From: Armatimonadota bacterium
GTDB lineage: Bacteria > Armatimonadota > UBA5829 > DSUL01
Assembly: GCA_039811685.1 (NCBI GenBank)
Contig: JBDHZC010000002.1
Location: forward strand, 192,001-256,000
DNA length: 64,000 bases
Direction: 5' to 3'
In this document: positions 36,609 through 48,799 of the stretch, one piece after another
How the letters are laid out: each line of letters starts with the position of its first letter
How positions within the stretch are numbered: the first letter of the stretch is position 1
Program-made: the position numbers and the translations under genes
The notes under the pieces: model-generated
Told to the model about the DNA's origin: nothing
Seen by the model: only the letters and a program-made list of their open reading frames with translations
Databases searched by the model: none

Positions 36609-39192
36609 CGCGCACCGCCTCCGCCGCCTGCATCCGTGAAGCGAATCTGGCTGGCAGAAGTCCGGCCAGCAGACTGGCTGCGACCACCCACACCGCTGCT
36701 TCAAAAAACCACTTTGCCTCCAGCAAGGGGATGATTGTCCACCCGAAGAAGAGCTTGTTGATCACCTGAATCAGCACCATTGCCAGAACCGGGCCGCAAG
36801 CCATGCCGAGGACAGTCCCGAAAATGCCAATAAGCCCGCTTTCCATAACGGCCATGCGCGCCAGTTGCCCTCGAGAAGCCCCCACAGCCCGCATAACGCC
36901 AAGCTCTCGCCGTCTCTGCAAAATCAGTGTGGACATTGTCGTGATCACTCCCATAACGGCAATGACTACCGCAACAACCTTGAGAGCGTTAGTGATGGCA
37001 AACGTGCGATCAAAAATCGTGAGAGCCCGGGCTTTGAGCGCTCTATTTGGCAGTACAACGATGTCATAGCGCCCGCCAATGCGCCGAAGCAGCTCTGTGC
37101 GGACGGACTCCGCAGTAAAGCCCGGTTTCACGTAGACCGCGGCGGTGTCAACGCGTTCGTCCTTCCAGAGACGGCTGTAGAGTGGACGATGGATGACGAT
37201 CAGACCTGCCTCCGTCGTGTAATCGTAGAAAACTCCGGCGATTCTGAATCTGTGCATTCCGGTTGGCGTGGCCAGCTCCAGAAGGTCTCCCCGTTTCTTC
37301 CCGAACCTGTTAGAAAACGTCTCGCTGACGAGAACTTCGTCTCTGGAGAGGGCTTCACGGACACGCTGATGAGTATTGGCGCCGTCGAGAAAGAGCAGCC
37401 GGCTGTTATCCGCCATCTTGCGGAGATCGAATGCGTACAGGTCGGCCTGTTTGCCGTCAATGACGACACTGTTCACGCGCAGCGTATCCCATGATCGCAC
37501 GCCGGGCATTGTCCTGATTGTATTGACGACGCCAGCCGGGAGCTCGCTGTAAACGTGAGTCACCAGGCGCGAGGCGGGTTCGATGAAAAGATCCGCCCGG
37601 ATCGTCTGATCCATCCAGACTACGACTGTGCGCCGGAACGAACCAACCATCATATTCAGCGCAATCAGCATGGTGACAGCCGCCGCCAGCGCCGCAATGA
37701 CTACGGCCGTCCGCTCCAGTGACTGCACTATCCAGCCAGCCGCCAGAGCGCCCTCAATACCTCCAGCTTTGCGCGCGGGCCACCTCGCCAGCCACGCCAG
37801 ACCAACCGTCACGATCGGCGCGGCCAGAGAACTGGCCACCAGAACCAGTCCCGCGCTCGCAAAGCCTGCCAGCCCGTCTCTGGCCTCGAGTGACCAGAGA
37901 GCCAACCGCCACGCCAGCAGCCCCGAGACCACCGCGCCAGAGCTCACCCACAGAAGCCGCGCCCTTCGCCCCTGTATCAAAGAACCCTCTCGCGCCGCCA
38001 GGCCCGGCCGCGTTGAAGCCGCCTCAAGAGCGGGGACCAGCCCGCTCACCAGCGCCGCTACTACCCCAAGCGCCAGTCCCCAGACCAGCGTCGGAGTATC
38101 CACAAAAACCTGTGTGGTTTTGACAGCCGCGTACATCGTGGAGACTGTCGCGCTTACACTGCCAAGCGCAAGGCGCGACAGCCCAACTCCAAGCCCAAGC
38201 CCCACAAACGCTCCCACAACACCGCAAACCAGCGCCTCGCCCAGAAACAGCAGTGCAATCTGTGTCCGCGAAACGCCAATGCAGCGCGCCATGCCAATCT
38301 CCTGACGTCGCTGAATGACAGAGAGCGACACACTGTTGAAAATCAGGAATGCGCCGACAAACAGCGCGACAAGCGCCAGAGCCACAAGATTCAGACGGAA
38401 GCTGGCAATCATCGACTCCACCTGATCGCCGCGTGACGCCGGACGCGCCACCTCCGCACCCGGGAACAGCCTGGAAGCCTCAAGACGCACGCGGTTGAAC
38501 GTCCGGCCTTCATCAGCCACGACGTCAATACCCGTAACCCGTCCAATCTGCCCGAAGCTCTCCTGCGCCGCCGCGATATCCATCACAGCCACATCGCCGC
38601 CGTACGCCCGCAGCAGTCCCTGCTCCGGGAGCAGCATCTGTATGACAAACGGAAGCTTACGTCCAGCGTCAGAAAGCCAGACTGTCTGTCCGGTCTTCCA
38701 ACCGTTACGCTTTGCGAAAGGCTCGCTGACGGCGATCGCGTCCCGCCGGGTAACCATGGGAAGAACATCAGCCGGGCCGTAACGGGCGGCAGCCCTCAGC
38801 GCCGACTGGACGCGCAGATCACTGAAGAGATCCAGGCCGACAACCAGAACGGACTCACCTGGCTTGCCGGACACAGTCGCAATGGCTTCGATTTTCGGAT
38901 CGGCTCGCCTGACTCCTGGAACTGCCAGCAACCGAGCGATTTTCCGCTCATCCAATCCCTGCGAGCGCCCGGAGACCTGCAGGTTCGCATCTCCCGCCAG
39001 AGAGCTGACGCTTTCCCTAAACGAAGTCACAGCGCTGCCGCTTGCCAGGCGAATAGCCACAAAGACCGCGACCCCAAGGGCGACACCCAGAATCGAGACC
39101 GCAGCCCGCCCGAACTGACCTGAAAAATGCCGCAGAGAAATCCAGCTAGCCAGCCGCGCCAGCAACATGAACGTCCTCCACGCGCCCATCAC
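36598..39192 (-). CDS. FtsX/MacB-like ABC permease (AttF/G-like, duplicated domain)
   Basis: 'GVALGVAVFVAI', 'QRRQEIGMARCIG', 'RRRELGVMRAVG', 'INKLFFGWTI'. Start uncertain by a few codons. Confidence 0.9.
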   Translation of the reverse strand: MMGAWRTFMLLARLASWISLRHFSGQFGRAAVSILGVALGVAVFVAIRLASGSAVTSFRESVSSLAGDANLQVSGRSQGLDERKIARLLAVPGVRRADPKIEAIATVSGKPGESVLVVGLDLFSDLRVQSALRAAARYGPADVLPMVTRRDAIAVSEPFAKRNGWKTGQTVWLSDAGRKLPFVIQMLLPEQGLLRAYGGDVAVMDIAAAQESFGQIGRVTGIDVVADEGRTFNRVRLEASRLFPGAEVARPASRGDQVESMIASFRLNLVALALVALFVGAFLIFNSVSLSVIQRRQEIGMARCIGVSRTQIALLFLGEALVCGVVGAFVGLGLGVGLSRLALGSVSATVSTMYAAVKTTQVFVDTPTLVWGLALGVVAALVSGLVPALEAASTRPGLAAREGSLIQGRRARLLWVSSGAVVSGLLAWRLALWSLEARDGLAGFASAGLVLVASSLAAPIVTVGLAWLARWPARKAGGIEGALAAGWIVQSLERTAVVIAALAAAVTMLIALNMMVGSFRRTVVVWMDQTIRADLFIEPASRLVTHVYSELPAGVVNTIRTMPGVRSWDTLRVNSVVIDGKQADLYAFDLRKMADNSRLLFLDGANTHQRVREALSRDEVLVSETFSNRFGKKRGDLLELATPTGMHRFRIAGVFYDYTTEAGLIVIHRPLYSRLWKDERVDTAAVYVKPGFTAESVRTELLRRIGGRYDIVVLPNRALKARALTIFDRTFAITNALKVVAVVIAVMGVITTMSTLILQRRRELGVMRAVGASRGQLARMAVMESGLIGIFGTVLGMACGPVLAMVLIQVINKLFFGWTIIPLLEAKWFFEAAVWVVAASLLAGLLPARFASRMQAAEAVRDES

Positions 39193-39835
39193 GCATATGC
39201 ACTATTGCATCTGCGATAGCGGCGGCTTCGCGACTGTGCGTCACCATAACAACAGTCGTTTCCATCTCCTCTGAGAGCTCCTCCAGCAGCGACAACACTT
39301 CCGCAGCCGCATGCGAGTCCAGATTGCCTGTGGGCTCATCAGCCAGCAGCACAGACGGATTGTTGATGAGCGCTCGGGCGATACTGGCGCGCTGCATCTC
39401 TCCTCCGGAAAGCTGATGAGGGCGGTGACTCAGTCTGTGCGCAAGACCCACCCGCGCAGCCAGCGACTCCGCCCTGGCGCTGGCCTGGCGCTCTGGAGAC
39501 CCGACGAGCAGTGCGGGGAGGGCAATGTTCTCGCCTACGGTGAGCGTTGGCAGCAGATTGTAAAACTGAAAGACGACGCCCACAACCCGCCGTCGATACT
39601 CCGTCAAACGCGCCTCAGACATCGCGCCCGGGCGCAAGGCGTTGACGTCAATCTCACCGGAGGATGGCCTGTCCAGTCCAGCCAGCAGGTTCAGAAGGGT
39701 GCTCTTACCGCAACCACTCGGGCCCATAACCGCTGTAAACTGTCCACGGGGAATGTGCAGATTCACACTGTCGAGCGCCACAACCGGGCCGGCCTCTGAA
39801 TCATAGCGTTTGCAAAGGTTTGTAGTGGTGATCAT
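39146..39835 (-). CDS. ABC ATPase (LolD/MacB-like)
   Basis: Walker A 'GPSGCGKST', 'LSGGEMQR', '[10 protein letters not shown]', 'VTHS'. Confidence 0.95.
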   Translation of the reverse strand: MITTTNLCKRYDSEAGPVVALDSVNLHIPRGQFTAVMGPSGCGKSTLLNLLAGLDRPSSGEIDVNALRPGAMSEARLTEYRRRVVGVVFQFYNLLPTLTVGENIALPALLVGSPERQASARAESLAARVGLAHRLSHRPHQLSGGEMQRASIARALINNPSVLLADEPTGNLDSHAAAEVLSLLEELSEEMETTVVMVTHSREAAAIADAIVHMRDGRVEDVHVAGAAG

Positions 39836-39933
39836 GGCACTGGTGATTTCAACGCAGCTCCTAGCGGCAGTGTTACCCGTTTTCGCCTTTGCCGCCGCGA
39901 TCTGTCTGCGATAATAGAACGCGAATGGGCAGG

Positions 39934-39962
39934 TTGACATTCGCGCAGGCAGTGATTATACT
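39934..39962 (+). promoter_or_regulatory. Sigma-70 promoter of cysK
   Basis: TTGACA-N17-TATACT. Confidence 0.8.
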
Positions 39963-39974
39963 TATTTTGCGGTT

Positions 39975-39999
39975 ATATCCGACTAATTCAGTAAACATA
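39975..39999 (+). promoter_or_regulatory. Putative Rrf2-family (IscR/CymR-type) operator
   Basis: ATATCCGACTAATTCAGTAAACATA resembles the IscR type-1 site; it lies just downstream of the cysK -10. Confidence 0.55.
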
Positions 40000-40077
40000 G
40001 TCAATTTTGACTGGGCGCTGGCATAGAGAGACCCTTCTTCGCCTCTGTGCAGGTCCGGCCAGCATTGGAGGTCTATC

Positions 40078-41061
40078 ATGGGATACTACGAAGACAATTC
40101 TCTGAGCATCGGGCGCACACCACTTGTCAAGCTAAACCATGTGGTGGATGGCGCAAACGCTACGATTCTGGTCAAGGTTGAAGGCCGCAATCCGGCCTAT
40201 TCTGTCAAATGCCGCATTGGCGCCGCCATGGTGTGGGACGCCGAGAAGCGCGGTGTTCTGGGTCCGGGCAAGGTGATTCTCGAAGCCACGAGTGGCAATA
40301 CGGGGATTGCGCTGGCGTACGTCGGCGCGGCGCGAGGCTACCCGGTCACTATCGTCATGCCGGAAAACATGAGTTTGGAGCGGCGCAAAGTCGTGACGGC
40401 GCTGGGAGCAAATATCGTGCTCACGCCAGCAACCGGCGGAACCAAGCGAGCGGTCGAGCTGGCGAAGGAGATGGCAGCAGCCGAGCCGGACAAATACGTT
40501 CTGATGGATCAGTTCAAGAACCCGGCCAATCCGGACATCCATGAGAAAACCACCGGCCCCGAGATATGGAACGATACGGACGGAAAGATTGACGTTCTGG
40601 TGTCAGGGGTGGGGACAGGCGGCACAATTACGGGCGTATCGCGCTACATCAAGAAGCAGCAGGAAAAGCCGATTGTTTCCGTCGCCGTTGAGCCGAAAGA
40701 CAGCCCGGTTATCACCCAGAAAATGAACGGCGAGCCTCTGCAGCCCGGCCCTCACAAGATTCAGGGACTTGGCGCGGGCTTTATTCCGGACACACTGGAT
40801 CTGTCGTTGGTGGACCGTGTTGAGCAGGTAACTAACGAGGACGCCATCGAAATGGCGCGGCGCTTGTCCAGCGAAGAGGGTATTCTCTCGGGAATCTCCT
40901 CGGGCGCTGCTGTCGTCGCCGCGGTTCGCTTGGGCAAGCTTCCGGAGTTTGCGGGCAAGACTATTGTCGCTGTGCTGCCGGACGCGGCCGAGCGCTATCT
41001 CTCCAGTGTGCTGTTTGAGGGGATTTTCAAGAAGATCGAGACCGCCACGGCTACAGCCTGA
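40078..41061 (+). CDS. cysK: Cysteine synthase A
   Basis: 'NPAYSVKCR', 'TSGNTG', 'GVGTGGT', 'PHKIQG', 'GISSGA'. Confidence 0.97.
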   Translation: MGYYEDNSLSIGRTPLVKLNHVVDGANATILVKVEGRNPAYSVKCRIGAAMVWDAEKRGVLGPGKVILEATSGNTGIALAYVGAARGYPVTIVMPENMSLERRKVVTALGANIVLTPATGGTKRAVELAKEMAAAEPDKYVLMDQFKNPANPDIHEKTTGPEIWNDTDGKIDVLVSGVGTGGTITGVSRYIKKQQEKPIVSVAVEPKDSPVITQKMNGEPLQPGPHKIQGLGAGFIPDTLDLSLVDRVEQVTNEDAIEMARRLSSEEGILSGISSGAAVVAAVRLGKLPEFAGKTIVAVLPDAAERYLSSVLFEGIFKKIETATATA

Positions 41062-41114
41062 CGCAAGGCCCTGTGCCTCAGCGTCTTCCTCTCACAAACA
41101 ACAGTGTCTTTTCC

Positions 41115-41146
41115 GGCGGCGCCGCAGTGGCGCCGCCTTTCTTTTT
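41115..41146 (+). terminator. Rho-independent terminator after cysK
   Basis: GGCGGCGCC-gcagt-GGCGCCGCC-TTTCTTTTT. Confidence 0.85.
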
Positions 41147-41285
41147 CCCGGATAGATGAGCGATCCGCTCCAGGTGCACTCTACCTGCGGAAGTGAGGCG
41201 GGACGCGGACAGGGAGGATATCTTGAGCTCTGAGGCGGCTGTTGCCCGTAGCAAAAAGAGTGAAAAAACTTCTTCGAGTGATGCG

Positions 41286-41315
41286 TTGACAAGCCGCAGA
41301 AGCATTCGATAGAAT
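41286..41315 (+). promoter_or_regulatory. Sigma-70 promoter of the pyr operon
   Basis: TTGACA-N18-TAGAAT. Confidence 0.7.
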
Positions 41316-41369
41316 GCGCTGTAGCATCCGGGCAATAGAGTCCGGCGGGACTGAAAAGTCCACGTCAAG

Positions 41370-41400
41370 CCTTTAAGTTGGTCCTGTGAGGCCGGTAAGG
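41370..41400 (+). promoter_or_regulatory. PyrR binding loop (pyr attenuator)
   Basis: CCTTTAA...GGTCCTGTGAGGCC...AAGG matches the UUUAA and RUCCnGnGAGGY elements of PyrR binding sites. Confidence 0.85.
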
Positions 41401-41443
41401 AAGACGCCAGTGAAAGCACCACAACTGAAACTGAACTCGTTAT

Positions 41444-41477
41444 GGGCCACCTTGCGGACGGCAGGGAGGCCTTTTTT
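41444..41477 (+). terminator. Attenuator terminator of the pyr leader
   Basis: GGGCCACCTTGC-ggacg-GCAGGGAGGCC-TTTTTT just upstream of pyrR. Confidence 0.8.
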
Positions 41478-41509
41478 GTGCCTGAAGGCGGAAAGGCGCG
41501 GCAAGCGAG

Positions 41510-42061
41510 ATGGATGAGGTGATCCAGGTGATGAGCGCGGACGACATCCGGCGGGCAGTGACGCGTATCGCACACGAGATCATTGAGCGCAACAACGGCG
41601 CGGCTGACCTCTTTATTGTGGGCATCCAGAAAAAGGGAGTACCCTTCGCGCGGCGCATCCAGCAGACGCTGCAGGCTATTGAGAACCTGCCCGTTCCGTT
41701 TGGGACTCTGGACATCACGCTCTACCGCGATGACTTCGGATCCCACACGTCCGCCCTTGACCCGACAGATATTCCAGAATCCATTACCGGCAAGACCGTG
41801 ATTCTGGTGGACGAGGTTATTTTCACCGGTCGCACCGTGCGCAGCGCGCTCAATGCGCTCATGGATTTTGGCCGGCCGTCCACTATCCAGCTTGCGGTAC
41901 TCGTTGACAGGGGACACCGGGAGTTGCCCATCCGGCCGGACTTTGTGGGCAAGAACATCCCCACATCACGGCGTGAGGACGTAGAAGTGGACCTGGCGAG
42001 TGACCCTCAGAACGACCGCGTGACGATCCGCAAGTTGGCAGAGCAGGAGGCGACCCAATGA
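41510..42061 (+). CDS. pyrR: Pyrimidine operon attenuation protein / uracil phosphoribosyltransferase
   Basis: '[10 protein letters not shown]', 'LDITLYRDD', 'TGRTVR', '[17 protein letters not shown]'. Confidence 0.97.
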   Translation: MDEVIQVMSADDIRRAVTRIAHEIIERNNGAADLFIVGIQKKGVPFARRIQQTLQAIENLPVPFGTLDITLYRDDFGSHTSALDPTDIPESITGKTVILVDEVIFTGRTVRSALNALMDFGRPSTIQLAVLVDRGHRELPIRPDFVGKNIPTSRREDVEVDLASDPQNDRVTIRKLAEQEATQ

Positions 42062-42996
42062 CGCTTTCACAGAAACACGTCCTCGGGCTTCAGGACATGA
42101 GCGCGCAGGACATGCTTTGCGTGCTCGATCAGGCGCAGGAGATGAAAGAGATCCTCTCCCGCCCGATCAAAAAGGTTCCCACCCTGCGCGGGAAAAGTGT
42201 GGTGACGGTATTTTTTGAGAACTCCACGCGCACCCGTATCTCCTTCGAGACGGCGGCAAAGACGCTCTCAGCCGATGTGACAGGCTTCAGCGCGTCAACC
42301 TCCAGTGTCCAGAAAGGCGAATCTCTCAAGGACACGATTTTGACTCTGAGCGCGATGGCTGCTGATGTTTTTGTCATTCGGCATCAGGCCAGCGGCGCCG
42401 CCGAGTTTGTATCTCGCTATACGGATGCCCACGTCATCAACGCCGGAGACGGACAGCACGAGCACCCGACACAGGGCTTGCTGGATATGCTCACCATCCG
42501 CCAGCACAAAGGCCGGATCGAAGGCTTGACCGTGGCCATTGTCGGCGACATCACGCACAGCCGCGTTGCCCGTTCCAACATCTGGGGGCTGACGAGACTC
42601 GGCGCGAAAGTCAGGCTGGTTGGACCGGAGACTCTGTTGCCGGCGGAAGTGAGACAGCTTCCGGTCGAGGTGTTTCACGATCTGCGGGAGGGCATTCGGG
42701 ACTGTGACGTGGTGAACGTTCTGCGAATACAACTTGAGCGCCAGGAGGCCGGATTGTTCCCGAGTCTGCGCGAATACGCCCAGCGCTTCGGCCTCAACAG
42801 CAACGCCTTGCGCGAGGCCAGACCCGACGTCTTGGTGATGCATCCCGGACCGATGAACAGGGGTGTAGAGATTGCGGCGGACGTCGCGGACGGGGAGTTT
42901 TCTGTGGTCGAAGAGCAGGTCAGCAACGGAGTCGCAGTGCGAATGGCTCTGTTGTATCTGCTCCTGGGAGGGTCAGACGATGCGGTTGCTCATTAG
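42058..42996 (+). CDS. pyrB: Aspartate carbamoyltransferase
   Basis: 'FENSTRT', 'KGESL', 'HEHPTQ', 'MHPGP'. Confidence 0.97.
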   Translation: MTLSQKHVLGLQDMSAQDMLCVLDQAQEMKEILSRPIKKVPTLRGKSVVTVFFENSTRTRISFETAAKTLSADVTGFSASTSSVQKGESLKDTILTLSAMAADVFVIRHQASGAAEFVSRYTDAHVINAGDGQHEHPTQGLLDMLTIRQHKGRIEGLTVAIVGDITHSRVARSNIWGLTRLGAKVRLVGPETLLPAEVRQLPVEVFHDLREGIRDCDVVNVLRIQLERQEAGLFPSLREYAQRFGLNSNALREARPDVLVMHPGPMNRGVEIAADVADGEFSVVEEQVSNGVAVRMALLYLLLGGSDDAVAH

Positions 42997-44293
42997 CGGC
43001 GGGCGAATCATAGATCCGGCGAGCAGCTTTGACGGAGTTGGGGACGTTCTGGTTGAGGACGGCGTTATCGCTTTCTGCGGAGAGCGCCTGCCGGAGGAGA
43101 TGAAGAGCGGTGAGGTGCGCTTGTACGACGCCTCCGGCCTGGTGGTAACTCCCGGGCTGATTGACATGCACGTCCACCTGCGGGAACCGGGACAGGAATA
43201 CAAAGAAACGCTTGAAACGGGCGGGATGGCAGCTGCAGCAGGCGGCTTCACCTCCGTTGTCCCGATGCCCAATACAGTTCCGGCCGTTGATAACCGCGCG
43301 ACAGTTGAGTACGTTGTGCGACGCGCAAAAGAGACAAGTCCTGTCCGCGTCTGGCCCACGGTGGCCGCAACCAAAGGCAACGCCAACGAAGAGATGTCCG
43401 AGATCGCCGACTGCAAAGCCGCCGGCGCTATTGCGGTCACTGACGATGCTTTTCCTCTGCAGTCCGCTGAGATGACGCGGCGCGTAATGGAGTACTGCCG
43501 CACCTTTGATCTGCCGCTTCTAACGCACTGCGAAGACAAAAGTATGACAAAGGGCGCGGTGATGAACGAAGGGCTGAGCGCAACCGTACTGGGACTCAAA
43601 GGGATGCCCAAAGCCGCAGAAGACCTGCAAGTCTCGCGCAATATTGAGCTTGCGCAGATGACAGGCTGCCGGTTGCATATTCTGCACATCTCTTCCCGCC
43701 GCTCAATCCAGATGGTGCGGGAAGCTAAGGCGCGGGGCGTAAGAGTAAGCTGCGAAACGTGTCCGCAATATTTTTCGCTGGATGATGCGATATGCCTGGG
43801 TTACAACACACTGGCGAAGTGCAGCCCGCCAATCCGCACCCGGGACGATATAGAGGCAGTGAAGGAAGGGTTGGCCGATGCGACCATTGACGCAATCGCA
43901 ACTGACCACGCTCCACACGCCGCGCACGAGAAAGAGTGCGAGTTTCAGACGGCTGCCTTTGGAATGATCGGCCTGGAGACCGCGCTGGGGCTTACTGTCA
44001 GCAAGCTGGTGGATACGGGCGTGATCTCGCTAAGCGAAGCTGTGCGCAAGATGTCCACAGCGCCCGCCGAGATTCTGGGACTTCCGCTCGGACGGCTGAG
44101 CGTCCAGAGCCCGGCGGACATCACGGTTTTCGATCCATCCGAGGAGTGGACGGTGGATCCGGAGCTATTCCAGTCGAAATCCCGCAACACACCCTTCGCG
44201 GGCTGGCGACTCAGGGGCCGAGCTGTGACAACCATCGTCGCGGGGCGGGTGGTGTACGGAGAAGTGAGAAGCGCGGAAAAAACCACCGCGTGA
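42980..44293 (+). CDS. pyrC: Dihydroorotase (type I)
   Basis: '[10 protein letters not shown]', 'MPNT', 'HCED', 'ATDHAPH', 'SRNTPF'. Confidence 0.97.
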   Translation: MRLLISGGRIIDPASSFDGVGDVLVEDGVIAFCGERLPEEMKSGEVRLYDASGLVVTPGLIDMHVHLREPGQEYKETLETGGMAAAAGGFTSVVPMPNTVPAVDNRATVEYVVRRAKETSPVRVWPTVAATKGNANEEMSEIADCKAAGAIAVTDDAFPLQSAEMTRRVMEYCRTFDLPLLTHCEDKSMTKGAVMNEGLSATVLGLKGMPKAAEDLQVSRNIELAQMTGCRLHILHISSRRSIQMVREAKARGVRVSCETCPQYFSLDDAICLGYNTLAKCSPPIRTRDDIEAVKEGLADATIDAIATDHAPHAAHEKECEFQTAAFGMIGLETALGLTVSKLVDTGVISLSEAVRKMSTAPAEILGLPLGRLSVQSPADITVFDPSEEWTVDPELFQSKSRNTPFAGWRLRGRAVTTIVAGRVVYGEVRSAEKTTA

Positions 44294-44329
44294 GCTTGAG
44301 ATCACAAAGTCTGGATTGAGTCGGAGTTT

Positions 44330-45412
44330 ATGAAAGCAATATTCGCAACGGAAGACGGGACATTCTTTGAGGGGGAGTCCATCGGCGCCGCAGGCACGAG
44401 CGTGGGGGAGGTTGTCTTTTCGACGGCTATGGCCGGATATCAGGAGATGCTGAGCGACCCGTCCTTCGGAGGACAGTTGTTGACCCTGACGTACCCTCTC
44501 ATCGGCAACTACGGTGTCACTCCTGAGGATATGGAGTCTGAGCGCGTGCAGGTGGCGGGTTTCATCATTCACAACCTGTGCGAAGCGCCCAGCAACTGGC
44601 GCAGTTCAGGGACGCTGACGGAGCTTCTGCGCGCCAACCGCGTTGTGGCTGTGTCCGGAATTGATACACGGGCGGTGACCCGCCACATTCGGACAGCGGG
44701 AGAGATGATGGGAGCGCTCTCCACCGAGCACACGCGGGAGGAGCTGCTGAGCCTCCTGCGCTCTTCTCCGCGCTACGAAGAGATCAACTACGTCGAGAAG
44801 GCGAGCGCACCCGGCCGCTACGTCTTTCCCGCCGCCACGCAGACGAAGAAGCGCGTCGCCCTTCTGGACTACGGAGTCAAGCGCAATATCCTGCGGGAGC
44901 TGTCGAAGCTGGGTTGTGAGACTACTGTCTATCCGTACGCAACCAGCGCCAGGGAAATCCTTGAGGCTGGCCCTGACGGTGTTGTGATATCCCCGGGGCC
45001 GGGCGATCCAGAGAGACTGCTCAGCGTTGTTGAGGATGTGAAGACGCTGGCGGAATCCGGAACGCCCCTGATGGGCATCTGCCTGGGACACCAGACGCTC
45101 GGACGCGCCTACGGCGCAAAGACCTACAAGATGCCCTTCGGGCACCGGGGCGGCAATCATCCGGTGAAGGACCTGGCCAGCGGGCGCGTTTATATAACGA
45201 GCCAGAATCACGGCTACGCGGTGGACCCGGACGGGTTGGCGGGCTCGGACATGGAGATTGCTCAGATCAATTTGAACGATGGAACGGTTGAGGGACTGCG
45301 GCACAGGACCAGGCCGGTATTCTCGATCCAGTACCATCCGGAAGCCTCTCCCGGCCCGGTGGATTCCAACTACTTTTTTCACCAGTTCATGAAGATGATG
45401 GGAGAAAGCTGA
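44330..45412 (+). CDS. carA: Carbamoyl-phosphate synthase small subunit
   Basis: 'GEVVF', 'PLIGNYG', 'GICLGHQ', 'QYHPEASPGP'. Confidence 0.97.
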   Translation: MKAIFATEDGTFFEGESIGAAGTSVGEVVFSTAMAGYQEMLSDPSFGGQLLTLTYPLIGNYGVTPEDMESERVQVAGFIIHNLCEAPSNWRSSGTLTELLRANRVVAVSGIDTRAVTRHIRTAGEMMGALSTEHTREELLSLLRSSPRYEEINYVEKASAPGRYVFPAATQTKKRVALLDYGVKRNILRELSKLGCETTVYPYATSAREILEAGPDGVVISPGPGDPERLLSVVEDVKTLAESGTPLMGICLGHQTLGRAYGAKTYKMPFGHRGGNHPVKDLASGRVYITSQNHGYAVDPDGLAGSDMEIAQINLNDGTVEGLRHRTRPVFSIQYHPEASPGPVDSNYFFHQFMKMMGES

Positions 45413-45490
45413 GCAGGCGCAAAGCGCTGGCCGCGTGTATCCGAAGCCGACGCGGAGCACACCTCAAAGCGAAAGACTGAAAGAGTTTAT

Positions 45491-48400
45491 ATGCCCAGAC
45501 GTGACGATATCAAGAAGGTAATGGTGATTGGCAGCGGCCCGATTGTGATAGGCCAGGCCGCGGAGTTTGACTACGCGGGAACACAGGCCTGCCGCTCGCT
45601 GCGCGAGGAAGGCTGCGAGGTCGTGCTGATCAACTCCAACCCGGCCACCATTATGACGGATACGGAGATGGCGGATCGGGTCTATATCGAGCCGTTGAAC
45701 GTTGAGTTCGCCTCCCGCGTCATTGCTGAGGAACGCCCGGACGGCCTACTTCCGACGCTGGGAGGTCAGACTGGACTCAATCTGGCGGTTGCGCTTGCAG
45801 AATCCGGAATACTGGATGAGCACGGCGTTCAACTTCTGGGCACGCCGCTTCAGTCCATTCGAAAAGCCGAAGACCGGGAGCTCTTCCGCCAGCTTATGCA
45901 AGAGATTGGAGAGCCTGTCCCCGAAAGCTGGATCGTTACAGATGCGCACGAGCTCCAGGAGATCGCTCAAATGGGCGTGTTTCCGCTGATCATACGGCCT
46001 GCCTACACGCTGGGTGGCACGGGCGGGGGCGTAGCTCACGACGCTGAGGAGTTGATGGAAATCGGTCAGCGAGGGCTCAGCCTGTCCATGCGCAGCCAGG
46101 TCATGGTTGAGCGCTCTCTGTTGGGCTGGAAAGAGATTGAGTACGAAGTGATGCGCGATGGCGCGGACAACGCGATCACCGTATGCAACATGGAAAACTT
46201 CGATCCGATGGGCGTGCATACGGGGGATTCGATTGTTGTCGCGCCTACCCAGACCCTCTCCGACAAAGAGTATCAGCTTCTGCGCGCTGCATCTCTGAAA
46301 ATTATACGGGCGCTGGGCATCGAAGGCGGATGTAATGTGCAGCTTGCGCTGGACCCGCACAGCTTCCAGTACTATGTCATCGAAGTCAATCCGCGCGTCA
46401 GCCGATCTTCCGCTCTGGCGTCCAAAGCCACCGGCTATCCGATCGCGCGAGTCGCCTCCAAGATCGCCATCGGCCTGACGCTGGATGAGATTCCCAACGC
46501 CGTCACGCAGAAGACCAAAGCCTGTTTTGAGCCTGCGCTGGACTACTGCGTGGTAAAAATCCCCCGGTGGCCATTCGACAAGTTTACGTCCGCAGACCGC
46601 ACAATCAGCACCCAGATGAAGGCTACCGGAGAAGTGATGTCCATTGACCGGACCTTCGAAAGCGCTTTGATGAAAGCTGTGCGCTCTCTGGAGATCGGCG
46701 TGCACTCCCTGACACTCAAGAATGCGGAGCGCTGGGGGCCGATGGAGATCGAAGAAGGGCTGAAAACAGCAACGGACGAGCGGCTGTTTGTTATCGCTGA
46801 GGCACTGCGCCAGGGGATGATGGTGCAGGAAATAGCGGCAATATCGCTGGTTGATCCGTGGTTCATTGTAAAGATCGAGAACATCATCCAGGCTGAGAAC
46901 GAGGCCAGGAGCAAAGCGCCGCTGATCCGGGCTTTTGTACAGGACAGCGCAGAGAACGCCGGGCAGGAGAGCGGGCATGAGCTTGTGCTCAAACTCAAAA
47001 AGCTGGGTTTTCAGGACAGAACAATCGCAGAGTTTGCCAGCGTCCACGAAGACGATCTGCGACGCGCGCGTATTCAGGCTGGCATCAAACCCACCTACAA
47101 GATAGTGGACACATGCGCGGCCGAGTTTGAGGCGGTGACGCCGTATCTCTACTCCTGCTACGACGGAGAAAACGAGGCACAGGAGATTACGTCCCGGACG
47201 GCAGGTAAGAAGCGGGCGATTGTTATCGGCTCTGGCCCCATCCGCATCGGGCAGGGAATTGAGTTCGATTACTGCAGCGTGCACAGCGTCTGGGCACTGC
47301 GGAAATCCGGCTACGAATCAATTATTGTGAACAACAATCCCGAAACCGTGTCAACGGACTTTGACACCTCCGACCGCCTCTATTTTGAGCCGCTGACTCC
47401 GGAAGACGTGCTCAACATAATTGACGAAGAACAGCCCGAGGGGGTGATTCTGCAGTTTGGCGGGCAGACGGCGATCAATCTCGCGGAGCCCCTTCACCGG
47501 GCTGGAGTGAAGATATTCGGCTCGTCCTTTGAGAGTATTGACCGCTCTGAAGACCGCAACCTTTTCGAGCAGATGCTCACACGCCTCAATGTGCCCAAGC
47601 CCGCTGGCCGCGCGGTTACGAACATCGAAGCGGCGCTGGAAGTGGCCGATGAAATTGGCTATCCGGTGCTGGTACGCCCGTCGTACGTGCTTGGGGGACG
47701 CGCGATGGAGATCGTCAACAGCCGTCTGGAGCTGATGGCGTATATGAACTATGTCGTGCAGGTTTCGCCGAAAGCGCCCATTCTGATAGACAAGTACATC
47801 ATCGGCAAAGAGATGGAGGTGGACGTCATCGCCGATGGCACGGACTGCCTGATCCCCCAGATTATGGAGCATATCGAGCGCGCGGGCGTGCACTCTGGAG
47901 ACTCTATGGCGGTGTGTCCGTCGCGCAGCTTTTCGCCAGACGTCATCGATCAGATGGTGCGCTATGCGACAGACATTGCGCTGGACCTCGAAGTCCGGGG
48001 CCTGATGAACATTCAGTTTGTCCTGGACAACGGACAGGTTCAGGTGCTTGAGGTCAACCCGCGCTCCAGCCGCACGGTGCCCTACCTTTCCAAGATTACA
48101 GGCGTGCCGATGATCCAGGTGGCTACCCGGGTTATGCTGGGTGAAAGTCTGAAGGACCAGGGCTACACCAGCGGGCTGATGGAGCCACGGGGCATGTTCG
48201 CCGTCAAAGCGCCTGTGTTCTCATTTGCCAAACTCACAGAAGTGGATGTTGCTCTGGGACCTGAGATGAAATCCACCGGAGAGATTATGGGGGTGGATTT
48301 TGACTTTGGGCGCGCTTTGTACAAGGCGATGGTTGCCAGCGGGGTAGATGTGCCATCAGCCGGCAAGATGATTATCACCTGCGCAGACCCGGATAAGGAA

Positions 48401-48799
48401 GAAGCTCTGGAGATCGCCAGGGGCTTTGAGAAGCTGGGATACCGGATCTACGCTACTGAAGGCACAAGCCGCTTCCTGCGCGAGCGCGGGATTGACGCTT
48501 TGAGAGTGAACAAAATCAGCGAAGGATCGCCGACCCTCCTGGACCTCATCCGGCTGGGAAAGGTAGATTTGCTGGTGAACACTGTGTCGCGCGACAAGCG
48601 CATTGAGCAGGAAGGCTCCATCATCCGCAAGACGTCGGTCCAGCACCAGATTCCCTGCCTGACGTCACTGGACACAGCGCGGGCTCTGTTGCTCGCTTTG
48701 TCACAGCGCAGGGATCGGGAAGCGATGTCCTGCCTGCCCATAAATGAGTATTTCCAACGCTCCGCGCCTCATCTCCGCACCGTGGAGACCGTGCAGTGA
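45491..48799 (+). CDS. carB: Carbamoyl-phosphate synthase large subunit
   Basis: '[15 protein letters not shown]', duplicated ATP-grasp domains ('[10 protein letters not shown]', 'EVNPRSSRT'), C-terminal MGS domain. Confidence 0.98.
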   Translation: MPRRDDIKKVMVIGSGPIVIGQAAEFDYAGTQACRSLREEGCEVVLINSNPATIMTDTEMADRVYIEPLNVEFASRVIAEERPDGLLPTLGGQTGLNLAVALAESGILDEHGVQLLGTPLQSIRKAEDRELFRQLMQEIGEPVPESWIVTDAHELQEIAQMGVFPLIIRPAYTLGGTGGGVAHDAEELMEIGQRGLSLSMRSQVMVERSLLGWKEIEYEVMRDGADNAITVCNMENFDPMGVHTGDSIVVAPTQTLSDKEYQLLRAASLKIIRALGIEGGCNVQLALDPHSFQYYVIEVNPRVSRSSALASKATGYPIARVASKIAIGLTLDEIPNAVTQKTKACFEPALDYCVVKIPRWPFDKFTSADRTISTQMKATGEVMSIDRTFESALMKAVRSLEIGVHSLTLKNAERWGPMEIEEGLKTATDERLFVIAEALRQGMMVQEIAAISLVDPWFIVKIENIIQAENEARSKAPLIRAFVQDSAENAGQESGHELVLKLKKLGFQDRTIAEFASVHEDDLRRARIQAGIKPTYKIVDTCAAEFEAVTPYLYSCYDGENEAQEITSRTAGKKRAIVIGSGPIRIGQGIEFDYCSVHSVWALRKSGYESIIVNNNPETVSTDFDTSDRLYFEPLTPEDVLNIIDEEQPEGVILQFGGQTAINLAEPLHRAGVKIFGSSFESIDRSEDRNLFEQMLTRLNVPKPAGRAVTNIEAALEVADEIGYPVLVRPSYVLGGRAMEIVNSRLELMAYMNYVVQVSPKAPILIDKYIIGKEMEVDVIADGTDCLIPQIMEHIERAGVHSGDSMAVCPSRSFSPDVIDQMVRYATDIALDLEVRGLMNIQFVLDNGQVQVLEVNPRSSRTVPYLSKITGVPMIQVATRVMLGESLKDQGYTSGLMEPRGMFAVKAPVFSFAKLTEVDVALGPEMKSTGEIMGVDFDFGRALYKAMVASGVDVPSAGKMIITCADPDKEEALEIARGFEKLGYRIYATEGTSRFLRERGIDALRVNKISEGSPTLLDLIRLGKVDLLVNTVSRDKRIEQEGSIIRKTSVQHQIPCLTSLDTARALLLALSQRRDREAMSCLPINEYFQRSAPHLRTVETVQ

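Noticed and set aside
35481..39835. ABC ATPase + FtsX permease + lipocalin trio as a novel system
   Set aside because: It matches the widespread AttEFGH-like arrangement; function is unclear but it is not new.
45746..47284. Long antisense ORFs (this 512-aa one; also 12044-13537, 7347-8552, 24243-25427, 59260-60342)
   Set aside because: Shadow frames opposite well-conserved genes, expected in GC-rich coding DNA.
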